Source of the DNA: a virus
Taxonomy: Duplodnaviria > Caudoviricetes
IMG/VR virus record: IMGVR_UViG_3300035184_000978
Coordinates: 1,269-65,268 of that record
Strand: one strand, 5' to 3'
Length of the DNA: 64,000 bases
Of the stretch, positions 41,909-52,299 are shown in pieces. Each line of letters opens with the position of its first letter. The first letter of the stretch is position 1. A program made the position numbers and the translations under genes. The notes under the pieces are model-generated. The model did no database searches. It saw only the letters and a list, made by a program, of their open reading frames with translations, and was not told the origin of the DNA.

Positions 41909-44900
41909 TTATTGTAAAGCTATAAATGCACCAACCGTTAGCATACTAGCTAGCTGGGCTTTTTCATCAGTAGTTAGTACAGAGACAACCCCAGCGCCAG
42001 CCTGCAAGATAATTGATAAAGTGCCTACTCCAATTTCAGTATCCTCATCCTGAATATTAAATGTGAACGTATCCTCCCCAACCGCGCCTATAGGGGCATT
42101 ATATAAAATACTATTCCCGTCAGCAGTTACTGATATATTATCAGCAGCTTCGGCTGGTAACAAAGACGATCTTGTAGACACGCTATGAAAAGTAACACTT
42201 GCATCATTACCATCTGGATCTGTAGCACCAACTAAAAGATCTGATACAGGGATGACTCTAAGCTTGTTACTTTCACCATCTAGTATAGAAAGATTTTGAG
42301 CCACAGGCGCATCACTAACTATATTCAGCGTTACTGTAGCTGTACCCTGGCTTCCTAAAGGATCAGAAACAGTATATGTAAACGTGTCTGCTCCCACGGA
42401 CCCAGCGGTTGGTGAGTATACCATGTGAGTTGTAGTCTTAGACACCGCACCTTTAGTACCTTGCGTAAATGAGCTAATCCTAATCGCATCACCGTCAGGG
42501 TCTGAATCATTGCCTAGAAGTTCAGATAAAAGTATTGATTTTGTTACGTTTTTCGTGACCGCAATAATCCCATCATTGCCTGCTACTGGAAGCCTATTAG
42601 TATCTGTGAATCCTAATGCTCCCAGTTGGGCATCCGCAGCCTGATAAATCGCATTTAAAGCGATTAAACCTACATTAGCGTCGTCGGTTGCATCATACGG
42701 TAGCTCTCCATAATTACCTAGTGGGTTACCACCCGTAACCATTTCAGGATCATAATAGCTACCAGGGTTGACATCTACATCATTTAAAACAGAAGTAAAC
42801 CCGTTTGAAGTACGGACAGGAGCTTGTGAAACCCGAACAAATTCCCGTAGTCCTAGAAGAGTCGCGCCGTTAAACTGTTCTGGATCTGTCCAATCGTGCT
42901 GTTTAGAGATTAACTGCCAAGCATCTGTGTTAGTGCCTACACCTGAAATTGATAACGAGTATCGTGGAGTACCATTTAAATAGTTAGCGAAAGGAAGTTC
43001 ACTAATTGACGTTGTAAATTCAGCATCGTCACGACCAAAGTAGTTTCTTCTTGCTACTGTTATATCTGCTCCGCCAATAAGTGGTGTGTAAGTAACTTCT
43101 GTAGTAGGATCAGAAAGCTCAAAACCTCTATAGCCATTAGCATTAAAGAAGTCAGCACCCGTCCCTGGGTTAGGGGCTTCAACAGTGTTGTCACCTGCAG
43201 TACTAGTGTCAGCAGTGCCATACTGATTAATTTTAATATTGTTATTCAAATTTTCAGGAATAACAAGATCAGGGTACGCTCTACCAGACACGTCTCCTAC
43301 TGACCAAACAACATTAGTTCTAGTAGTATTATCCCAAAAAATATTGTTTTTACAATATCTTAGAATGTCGCGATAGTAACCATTCTCAGATGTGCAAAAT
43401 GCACCTTCACTAATACCAGTAAATAAAGTATTGTTAGTGTATATCTGAGGAAAGTGTGATCCCCACCAAACATTGCTCCCAGCCGATGTCTCGAATGATT
43501 CTGGGTGGTAATTAGAACCTAGTATTACTTCACCTGCATTACTAGCTCCGGTATTAGGGTTAGTGCCCTGCCAGCCAGAAGGGTAATTTGTAGCAGGTGT
43601 TGTTACCCAAAACGAACCCGCAGCGGTAATATTCTTAGAAGGTAAATTTATGTTGCCTGCGTAAAAAACAGCCCCAGTCTTATGTGTACCAACAGTTACT
43701 CCTCCTAGTTGTGTTGACCTTTCTTCGCTAAAGCTAGTATTTGTTACTATGGACTCTCCCTGACCATCAGTATCTCCCACTTCCCATATATTATTCATGA
43801 TAATATGAGCACCATCACCAATACCACCACCGAACGCTAAAACGTGGGGGTTGCTTGTGCTGTGATCTTCTAAAAAGTAGTTATCTTGTATAAATGTACC
43901 AATACCCATTCTACCAGAAGCAGTACTACCGTCAGCATTGTCACCGAATGCAGTTCTAAGTGCTGCAGGTATATCTGGGTCTCTCTTACCAGTACCGTAA
44001 GGTAATTTTTGAAAACTAATTAAAGCAGTACTAGCAGGGCCCGTTCCATAATAAGAAGCTATAGAGCCATCGTCCCACGCGGAAGGTTGGTTAAAGTCTG
44101 TATTTGCGTCTGCGAGGCCCCAGGCGTTTGACCTAAGTATCATATTACGCTTAAACGTGATTGCTCCGTGACCAACCCACCCAAACACACCAATACCCAT
44201 AGCAAAAACAGTATCCTCAATTTCCCAACCTGCTGCACCGTCCATCCACCTCATATGCCTATCCCAAACACAATGTTTCATTCGTCTAAATGGTGTGACG
44301 TTGGCGGTAACTTTAAAAGAGGTATTTGTAGGTGCGTCACTGACATCTAAAGTTTGGTCTAGATCTATAAAAGGGAGCTGATTCATCCAGTACTTAGATC
44401 TTTTTGCCGTAACGTACTCAAAAGTTATTTGCGCTCTACTACCAGCATCGTCTATGCCATATTGTCCAGCTATTCCCGTAGTGTCCTCTAGTACGCAATG
44501 CACCATCCTAAATCTCAGATCATTATCATGAGTTGTATTAGTAGTTTCATGCGTCAATCTTGGCGAAAATCCGCGAATGATCTTATTACGGTTGAAACCC
44601 TTGTCTTTAAGTAGAGTTTCGTTGTAATTAGCATCTGTAGCAAGTATTGCAGGTATATCCCCAAAGTTTTTAAAGTGAGTGTACGTTGCGTCGATACATC
44701 CGCTTGAATGTCTTGAATACTCACCTACAGTTCGTCCGCCAAGGAAAAAACTAGTTCCACCGTCTACGCACTGAATTGTAGTTGGATTTGCTTCTGTTCC
44801 ATTTATTGTTAAGCAACCTTCTATGTTGTGCCTTCCATAGTTCATAGCGATATCTACAACATAAAACTTATTGGCACCAACATCTTCGGCATTTGTCGCC

Positions 44901-45277
44901 AATGCGTTACCTGCTGAGTTAGTGCCTGTTACGTCTGCATCTGTAGGATCAATAGTAATGGTTACTCCAGCACCTATAGTTGCAACTGAATCCATAATAA
45001 GTAGATCGCCTTTTAGTAATAAATCTACATTATCACTAACAATTAAGGTGCCCTGTCGCATCCATATTGCTGCTGAAGGTGCGGCGTTAGAGGCAGAAGA
45101 GAAACTTGGTGCCCAACCACCAGATTGCACACTGCTGCCTAAAGTTATAGACGTATCCATAGTAAGCGTATATCCACCGTAACTAACGATATGGTCATTT
45201 GCAGAAGGTACAACACCGCCTACCCATGTTGATGGTTCTGAAAAATTACCCGTTGAGGTTTGTAGTATTGTAGCCAT
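41909..45277 (-). CDS. Large adhesin/depolymerase-like protein with C-terminal cadherin/Ig-like repeats
   Basis: GNFS..STW.GGVVP N-terminus; beta-helix-like NN motifs; PVA.ND...LLGNDSDPDGD...DTFTYTVSD repeats. Confidence 0.65.
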   Translation of the reverse strand: MATILQTSTGNFSEPSTWVGGVVPSANDHIVSYGGYTLTMDTSITLGSSVQSGGWAPSFSSASNAAPSAAIWMRQGTLIVSDNVDLLLKGDLLIMDSVATIGAGVTITIDPTDADVTGTNSAGNALATNAEDVGANKFYVVDIAMNYGRHNIEGCLTINGTEANPTTIQCVDGGTSFFLGGRTVGEYSRHSSGCIDATYTHFKNFGDIPAILATDANYNETLLKDKGFNRNKIIRGFSPRLTHETTNTTHDNDLRFRMVHCVLEDTTGIAGQYGIDDAGSRAQITFEYVTAKRSKYWMNQLPFIDLDQTLDVSDAPTNTSFKVTANVTPFRRMKHCVWDRHMRWMDGAAGWEIEDTVFAMGIGVFGWVGHGAITFKRNMILRSNAWGLADANTDFNQPSAWDDGSIASYYGTGPASTALISFQKLPYGTGKRDPDIPAALRTAFGDNADGSTASGRMGIGTFIQDNYFLEDHSTSNPHVLAFGGGIGDGAHIIMNNIWEVGDTDGQGESIVTNTSFSEERSTQLGGVTVGTHKTGAVFYAGNINLPSKNITAAGSFWVTTPATNYPSGWQGTNPNTGASNAGEVILGSNYHPESFETSAGSNVWWGSHFPQIYTNNTLFTGISEGAFCTSENGYYRDILRYCKNNIFWDNTTRTNVVWSVGDVSGRAYPDLVIPENLNNNIKINQYGTADTSTAGDNTVEAPNPGTGADFFNANGYRGFELSDPTTEVTYTPLIGGADITVARRNYFGRDDAEFTTSISELPFANYLNGTPRYSLSISGVGTNTDAWQLISKQHDWTDPEQFNGATLLGLREFVRVSQAPVRTSNGFTSVLNDVDVNPGSYYDPEMVTGGNPLGNYGELPYDATDDANVGLIALNAIYQAADAQLGALGFTDTNRLPVAGNDGIIAVTKNVTKSILLSELLGNDSDPDGDAIRISSFTQGTKGAVSKTTTHMVYSPTAGSVGADTFTYTVSDPLGSQGTATVTLNIVSDAPVAQNLSILDGESNKLRVIPVSDLLVGATDPDGNDASVTFHSVSTRSSLLPAEAADNISVTADGNSILYNAPIGAVGEDTFTFNIQDEDTEIGVGTLSIILQAGAGVVSVLTTDEKAQLASMLTVGAFIALQ

Positions 45278-45513
45278 TATGCTGTTCTCTCTTTAGTTAT
45301 AACGAGATTATTTGAGTCATATCTAATTTGTACAGTGCCTACGAGTGTACCAGCGATGCCCGTGCCTCCAACGTAGTAGTCTAACTGTATTATATTATTA
45401 GCAGCGGTTCCACCACCTTGACCATAAGTGTATACTACATGATCATGAGCGCCTATTCCCATAGTGGTTTGTCTAGAGTTTTCTATTCTATTAGAGAAGT
45501 TATTAAAAGCCAT
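45277..45513 (-). CDS. Small protein coupled to the large adhesin-like gene
   Basis: TAATG overlap; RBS GAGG; late promoter at 45575. Confidence 0.65.
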   Translation of the reverse strand: MAFNNFSNRIENSRQTTMGIGAHDHVVYTYGQGGGTAANNIIQLDYYVGGTGIAGTLVGTVQIRYDSNNLVITKERTA

Positions 45514-46330
45514 TTCTTTCCTCTTGTGTTAAAGTATATGCAAATGTGCAAAATATTTACCATAAACATACGGTTATTTATAATAATTAAATTATATAGC
45601 AGTATTACAAAGTACTTTAAATTCTGAGTCAAGATCATTAATTTTGAGATCTTTTTTTAGATGCAGCTTGATGAATCATCGACATGATGAAGGCTGAATC
45701 TATTTAGCGGGGCACCGAATGTCTTTTATAATTGCAATCTTTGAAATTTCAATTGCAATTTTTGCAAGACTTTGTGGGAATATAACTTGAGAGTCTTCAC
45801 CAAGCCTATTTGTGTTGATTGATTCCAAGTGACTTTCGAGAAGAACGTAGAATTCTAGTTTAGTTGCAGATTCTTTAATAAAGCGTTTTGCTTCATTTAG
45901 AGATTCAAAAGCATCAGGAGATGTTAATAGTTCTCGTGTGTATTTGTTACTTTCGTACCAAACAAATATGCAGTCATTTGTTATTTTTTCAATTTCAAAT
46001 GTTGCATGATTTGTAAATATTTTTGATTTTTTCATTAGTTGTTACTCGGTAAACAGCACACATATTCAATTACTAATTCACTATCTAAATATGCTTCAGC
46101 TGTTAGTGTTTCGATTGGGCCAAATTTTTGTTATTGCTTCTTCTAAGATTAATACCTAATCTTATCAGTTATATCCACCTTTGATTTATGATTTCTAGTT
46201 TTAACTTTACATTTTCTTTTTCAAGCTCATCAACTACCGATTCTAAATAATTAACATAGTCTATAATGGGCTCATTTAAATGCTTTTTGTTTGCTGCATG
46301 TGACATTGTTGGTCTAATCATATATTTCTC

Positions 46331-46822
46331 CTACCAGCTAAAATTATTAACATCTAAATACACTTGTGAATGTACCCTGACTGGGTTGTGTCCTTTTTTG
46401 ATTATAGGCGATATGTCTTTATGTGTAGCTCTTATGAAGCCTCTCCACTGAAACTTCTCAGACATAGTTCCACGATGTTCATCTTCTTGCGTAAATCGAG
46501 TCCAAGTTCCTGGTTTTACTTTACCAGTTTTACGAAACTCAGTAAGTGGTTCATTTGATACGTATAAGTACATTGGAGCATCCAAATTTACTTTATCAAA
46601 ATCTTGTTTGTTGTTTACACGCGGAACATTATCATAGTGCCAGTTTGGAATACAAGGCCACTGTGAAGGCATTAACATATGAACCTTAACATCCCACACA
46701 AAGTCTAATGGATTTTCCGGAAACGCTTCAAGTATTAAGTCAGCAACATCAGACATTTCACAGTTGAGATTATTCCAACTAGCTTGATGTACTCCACATT
46801 TTTGTTTTGACCAATCAATCAT
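46331..46822 (-). CDS. Putative 2OG-Fe(II) oxygenase-like protein
   Basis: WHYD (HxD) ... HRG ... R.FIR. Confidence 0.5.
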   Translation of the reverse strand: MIDWSKQKCGVHQASWNNLNCEMSDVADLILEAFPENPLDFVWDVKVHMLMPSQWPCIPNWHYDNVPRVNNKQDFDKVNLDAPMYLYVSNEPLTEFRKTGKVKPGTWTRFTQEDEHRGTMSEKFQWRGFIRATHKDISPIIKKGHNPVRVHSQVYLDVNNFSW

Positions 46823-46919
46823 AATTTAATTCCTTATTCAAGTTTTTTAAAGGTTTATCAATTCATGTAGCCATTGTAACTTAATCAAAACAAAATGTCA
46901 ACCTTTATTTTAAATTAAC

Positions 46920-46947
46920 AAAAAGGCAGATTCGAATCTGCCTTTTT
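46920..46947. terminator. Palindromic bidirectional terminator
   Basis: AAAAAGGCAGATTCGAATCTGCCTTTTT. Confidence 0.85.
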
Positions 46948-46963
46948 GATACTACATCAAATG

Positions 46964-48682
46964 TTACAAGCTTTCTAGCACACGTGTTCTAATTTCCTGT
47001 AATGTAGTTTCTCTTGTTAAAACACCGTTTGAGAAAACAGTTTTTAACAGACCTTGTTGTTCTTGCTCGGGTGTTTGCTGGTCATATAAGACAAATTGTC
47101 CATCTTCAAATTCAACTCTTAATAAACCTTTCGCTGACTTTTTATTAGGATCTGTTTTGGGGTCTTTGAATACATTAACACCTTTACCATTGCGTATCAC
47201 ATGAGTTGCCTTAACAGCAGAACCGTGAGTATCGCGTGTAACATGTTGATATGAATAAGAACCAATACCTAGTACAACTAATGGAGCAAAACCTTTCGAC
47301 ATAAGTCTGCGATAGATTTCTTTTTGCCGAATTAGTGTAATTGAATCACCATATATTGCACCGATTTGGTCAGCGAGTAATTTGAAACCTTTATCAGTTT
47401 CTCCACCCGGGAATTGATCGTATAAACATTCAATCAGACCTTTATCTTCTGCTGATAATTCAACTTTATCGAATGTACAGTGACTAACATCACTACCCAT
47501 ATTATCAACGAAGTAATATTGCTTATCGTGTCGATTCAAATCAGGTTCGTATTTTACGTTGTATATGACGCCATCAATTGAGAATAAGCCGCCTTCACTA
47601 TCATGTGGGTCTTCTGGGTCTAGGTTTTGAGTAAACTGATCGTTGAGTATATCAGCAACTTCTTCTTTGGATTCGGCAATACCAATTTCACGACCACATA
47701 ATACTTCAACTGGGTCGCCAGTATCTGGGCGAATAACAAGCTTACCTTCTCTTGCCATAATGTTATTTCTTATAGCAGGCAGACCTTTCTCAACGAATGA
47801 CCAAAAGTCAAATGAATCTGATACATGAGATATGATACCAGTCGGTACTTTTGTGAATAAGTATTTAACATATTCAATCTCTGCTTCAAGTTTAGAAACA
47901 CCTTTTTCTTCAGCGTATGACATGATAAACGAGGTTGCTGTTGAATGTTCTGTTGCAGGAACAGATACACCAACTAATTCATTTTCAACATCTGCGTTAT
48001 AATAATCTTCGGCGAACATAATAGCAGGTAAGGTATCTGTTCCTGCACTTGAACATAAATGACCAAAACCACTCATTGCTCCTGCTTGCTTACCAAACAT
48101 ACCTCTCATAGAGAAGTCATGGTTCATGAACAATAATAAATCATTGTTGATACCAATATCATTAAACATTTTCTTTGTGTTTTTAAGATACGCTCGACTT
48201 GTAGTTGCGCTTGTTTGGATTCCCCAGTTTTCTGCAGAAGTTACTGTTTCTAAGTAGTTAGTCAACCAATTAAAATCGCTACCATTGTGCGTATTCAAGA
48301 ATGTCATTGGTGGTACACCATAAGGTACAACTGAACCTTCGGGTAGCGCTTTAATTTCTATTGGTAAATAACCAAGTTTATGTAAAGCAATAAAATGGTC
48401 TACATTATATTCAAAACCTAATAATGCTTTTGTGTGTTTCTTGATATAAGCAATTGCTTCATCAAGAGGTATATTAAAGAATGTTTCGTTCCACGATTTG
48501 ATGAGTGTGTCTTTTATAAAATACTGTAATCCTACAAATACAACACCATCAGAATCTACAGATTCTATGTTACTTAATCTTCCACTTCGACTTGTGTAGT
48601 TTGAGTACACTCGTGTTATTCCTTCGCGATATGCTTCTTTGTGGAAAAGTTTATATGCATCTGTTGTTAAACTTGCGTTCAT
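46964..48682 (-). CDS. NAMPT-family protein (likely Namat of NARP1)
   Basis: TDAYK..H, HDFSMRG, GTDT, VPATEHS, VSDSFD, VIRPDTGDP, IYGDSIT, KKSAKG. Confidence 0.88.
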   Translation of the reverse strand: MNASLTTDAYKLFHKEAYREGITRVYSNYTSRSGRLSNIESVDSDGVVFVGLQYFIKDTLIKSWNETFFNIPLDEAIAYIKKHTKALLGFEYNVDHFIALHKLGYLPIEIKALPEGSVVPYGVPPMTFLNTHNGSDFNWLTNYLETVTSAENWGIQTSATTSRAYLKNTKKMFNDIGINNDLLLFMNHDFSMRGMFGKQAGAMSGFGHLCSSAGTDTLPAIMFAEDYYNADVENELVGVSVPATEHSTATSFIMSYAEEKGVSKLEAEIEYVKYLFTKVPTGIISHVSDSFDFWSFVEKGLPAIRNNIMAREGKLVIRPDTGDPVEVLCGREIGIAESKEEVADILNDQFTQNLDPEDPHDSEGGLFSIDGVIYNVKYEPDLNRHDKQYYFVDNMGSDVSHCTFDKVELSAEDKGLIECLYDQFPGGETDKGFKLLADQIGAIYGDSITLIRQKEIYRRLMSKGFAPLVVLGIGSYSYQHVTRDTHGSAVKATHVIRNGKGVNVFKDPKTDPNKKSAKGLLRVEFEDGQFVLYDQQTPEQEQQGLLKTVFSNGVLTRETTLQEIRTRVLESL

Positions 48683-48692
48683 TATAAAATCC

Positions 48693-49523
48693 TTATTTAG
48701 CTTTTTCATTAAATTCAATCAAATCTTTACTACTTACGTATTTTCCGATATGATTGCGTGTATAAATTTTGTCTATATCTTTTAGTATATCTAAACCCTT
48801 TGATCCAATTAAATGAGTTACAAATAATATAACTTTACATCCGTGACTTTTTAATTCTTTTGCTAATGGGATAAATGTACCACCACCATCTAATATGTCA
48901 TCTACGATAAAGACAGTAGAATTTGGTTTTGGTAATTTGTTGAGTTTAATACTTAAAATCTTTCCTGTGCTTATATCACGTATTTTGTCTGCTGTTAATA
49001 AAGGTATGTTGAGACTGAGTAGCGATAATTTTCCGGCTTTATATACCGAGCCTTTGTCTGGCGCAAGTATGTAATCTGGTTTAATTTTGTTAACAATCGG
49101 TAAAGCAATGTCAAATTGTTTTGTTTCTTCGATTGGCAATTCATGATAACAATCAGATATGTATTCTGAATTATGAATATCATCTATGAAGATTTTATCA
49201 AAGTCGCATTTTTTTAACCATTCTAAAAACATTGAAAGTGGATGTGCGTTACCTGTTTCAAAAACTCGGTCTGCTCTTGCGTGCGGCAAGTATGGTAGCA
49301 TTAGACTGACATGCGACTCAAGACCATGATAGTTTTCATGTAGTGCAGATAAAACAAGATTAACTTCTTCGCGAATATCCGAAACAGAAGTTCTTGTATT
49401 GACTGATATTGAAATGTTTGTGGGATTTTCTGGTAAATCAATTATCTTGCATGTGCGCGCACCATCAGAAAACTGTACCCATTCTATTTTTACTTCTTGA
49501 TTGCTAATAATTAATCCAATCAT
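48693..49523 (-). CDS. PRPP-synthetase-like protein (likely Adps of NARP1)
   Basis: FSDG, PYLPHARADR, DIH, APDKG, K.RD..TG.I, IVDDILDGGGTF, VTH. Confidence 0.88.
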   Translation of the reverse strand: MIGLIISNQEVKIEWVQFSDGARTCKIIDLPENPTNISISVNTRTSVSDIREEVNLVLSALHENYHGLESHVSLMLPYLPHARADRVFETGNAHPLSMFLEWLKKCDFDKIFIDDIHNSEYISDCYHELPIEETKQFDIALPIVNKIKPDYILAPDKGSVYKAGKLSLLSLNIPLLTADKIRDISTGKILSIKLNKLPKPNSTVFIVDDILDGGGTFIPLAKELKSHGCKVILFVTHLIGSKGLDILKDIDKIYTRNHIGKYVSSKDLIEFNEKAK

Positions 49524-51424
49524 AATTTAATTCCTTTATTAATTTATATAACTACTATAACACAATAAAAGCTAATGTCAACGTCTATTTACGTTTATTA
49601 ATTTTGCGACATCTACTAGTATGATTTGCCATTGCATTAGTAACTGTTTTGTGAAGTTTTTCTCTAGAGACAAAACGATATGCGTATTCAAAAACATCGT
49701 CTACTGCGTTAATACACTGACTTGCTGAATTTAAATATAAGTTATTTTTTTGAAGATGTAGTTCCATACTGCGAATACGATCTTCTTTTTCTTTTAACTT
49801 AGCATTAAGTTGTTTAATATTCTCTATTAAAACATTTGAATTTAATTCATTCATTGGTGCTACCTTATCTTTCCGTACAATCTTTCCCACAATGCAACCA
49901 ATAGTTTGGCGATCTTTCCAAATAACATGAGATTAAAATAAAAGACGCATATCATAACGTAAACAATAAACACGCCTTCGAGTGGACTTATCATTTAATA
50001 ATTCTCCTTTTTTGTTTAACACTTGATACCGATAACCTCGTGTTAATTTCAATTAACAGTGATTCAATTAGCGACTGCTCACAACTAATTGAATCACGTT
50101 GATTTCCTGTTACACTTTCTGTTTTAAGATACTCGCAATATTGGAGTAATGACGGAATACAACGAGCAAGTAATTCTGTATCTGTTACTGAATATATTTC
50201 AGAATATATTCCGGCAGTTAATTTTTTTCGAATACGATCTTTAAATTCTGTATCAGTAGACGATACAGAATTACTTAATGTAATAGTAGATTCAATATTT
50301 AATTTGGCACTATAGATCTTCACGAAATCTGTTTTTTTAGTGCAAAATTCAATTTTACTTGAATCAATCATTATATCTTCTCTTCTGGTGATTATATTCT
50401 GAAGTAACTTCGATGGTAACACATATACATAGCAATGCATCATATGCAGTAACTGCGTATTCGACAACGCCTTCCATATATGGAGTAGTTGCCTCAACAA
50501 AATTCGCATTATACGATAATTTGATATCGTATTTATCTGCCATGTAATCAAGATACGTACTCTCTAATTCTTTATCTGTTCTTTTATCCATTTCTTTATC
50601 CATTATAGACTTCATTTAACAAATTTGGTTTTTTCAGATTGTCGTGATCAACTTCGTTGAGCTGATCTGCATCTTCAGAGAGCTCATCGTTACCATTTAA
50701 TACTTTTTTTGTTTCTTCTTCACTCATAAATTTCTATTACCTTTTGTTTATTGTAAAAAGAACTTTAGCAAATACAACATCTTTAGAGCTTTCGAATCTG
50801 TCATAATCTATAAGAGATATATAACCATCTTTCCCAGTAGTAGTTGGCCAACCACGAAGACTTTTTTTAACACCTTTATTAGGTTTAGCTCTAGTGACGT
50901 AAGACATAATTTATTTCCTTTGTTTAACTATCGTAATAATCACAAGGTTCATCACCTTCTTCTCGATCAGTATACATAATTTAATTCCTTTATCAATTTA
51001 TGAGACTATTATAATATAATATAATCAAAATGTCAACGATATTCGTGAAAAATTATTTCTGTTAAAACGTCATCTACGAAGATGACGTTAGACATGACGA
51101 GTTTAGTTTTTTTCCTAGCTACAAACATTCCATTGCCTTTGTTTATGAAATGATTAAATATGACCTTTGACACTGTATAGATCATTTCAGAATCATTCAT
51201 TTCTAAACTTAGACCATAATTATCAAATGCTGATTTAACTACTCTTTCGCTTAATTCCACAACGAACTAATCCTAACAATCATTTTATCAAACAATCGAT
51301 TATAAGCTGGTGAAAATATTGCAACAAAAAATGCAATTCCAATAATCGCGAAGGCAAGTGATAAAACTCCTACAACTAAAATCAATAATTCAATTATAGT
51401 TTCCATAATTTTTAATTCCTTTAT

Positions 51425-52084
51425 CTATGTCCAAAGACTGTTGTAATATACACCAAAGAGTCTGAAACCGTTGTTAATTCTGTTATTATAAACTTTAGCA
51501 CCTTCGACGTCGTACTTGTGAGTATCATTAGGACCAGTTAGCATTTGAATCGTACCGTTTTCCAATTTTTTTACTTGCATGTCGTATTCACCAGAGTGAA
51601 AATTATCTTCCCAATCTTGGTTGTCGCCAGCCTTTGTATTAAAAGCAAATATCATTTCATCAAGAACGTAAACCCAGCGATCATGGTAAAACTTATCAGT
51701 ATCATGATGCTTGTGCTGAGTCTTATCACTTGTCGATTTGATATTATCAGGAACATCGTCGTCATCAACAAAAGGAGAACATTCTTTGCATTTCTTCAAT
51801 TCAATAAGAGTTGGTAATATAATATGAGCAAGCATTGTATCTGCAGACCAAATATCCCAAACATCAGTTTTTACTGATATTTTCTGATCGATGTGATCAA
51901 AATAAATTTTGTTGAACATATTGTAAATGCATTGAACAACATCATCAATTTTTTGAAACAATCGATCTAATCGAGTCACAGTGTAATTACCAGTACAACC
52001 GTTAATACCATAACGCCTGTAAAGATGATCACTCTCTATACTTGTAGTTAAACGATAGGGGTATTTTCCAAACTTAAATTTCAA
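51425..52084 (-). CDS. Conserved T4-like hypothetical protein
   Basis: D.WS.D..LAHIILP.L..LK, PFVDD.DVP, RW..VLDEMIFAF, NGFRLFG.YY..LW. Confidence 0.7.
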   Translation of the reverse strand: MKFKFGKYPYRLTTSIESDHLYRRYGINGCTGNYTVTRLDRLFQKIDDVVQCIYNMFNKIYFDHIDQKISVKTDVWDIWSADTMLAHIILPTLIELKKCKECSPFVDDDDVPDNIKSTSDKTQHKHHDTDKFYHDRWVYVLDEMIFAFNTKAGDNQDWEDNFHSGEYDMQVKKLENGTIQMLTGPNDTHKYDVEGAKVYNNRINNGFRLFGVYYNSLWT

Positions 52085-52299
52085 TGTTGTATCTCTTCAA
52101 AGTTATCTTTAAAATATTTTTTAGAAACTAGCCATTTGTCTTTATAGTTCTTTGGATTACGGGCGATCATGTCTCCACTTTTTGGAGAGCCGTCTAAATC
52201 ATCTTCTACTGATATTGATACACAACAAAGATCATCTCCTTCACGGTATTCTCTTAGCTCTGCTATTTGTTTTCTGCGGTATTGTTTAAACTCACTCAT
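52081..52299 (-). CDS. Small phage protein
   Basis: FKQYRRK..AE.R...GDMIARNP....D.WLV...YF..NFE. Confidence 0.6.
   Translation of the reverse strand: MSEFKQYRRKQIAELREYREGDDLCCVSISVEDDLDGSPKSGDMIARNPKNYKDKWLVSKKYFKDNFEEIQH

Noticed and set aside
52081-52299. Cyclic-nucleotide sponge (anti-CBASS/Thoeris) assignment
   Set aside because: Only a vague resemblance; cannot be supported without a profile or structure search.
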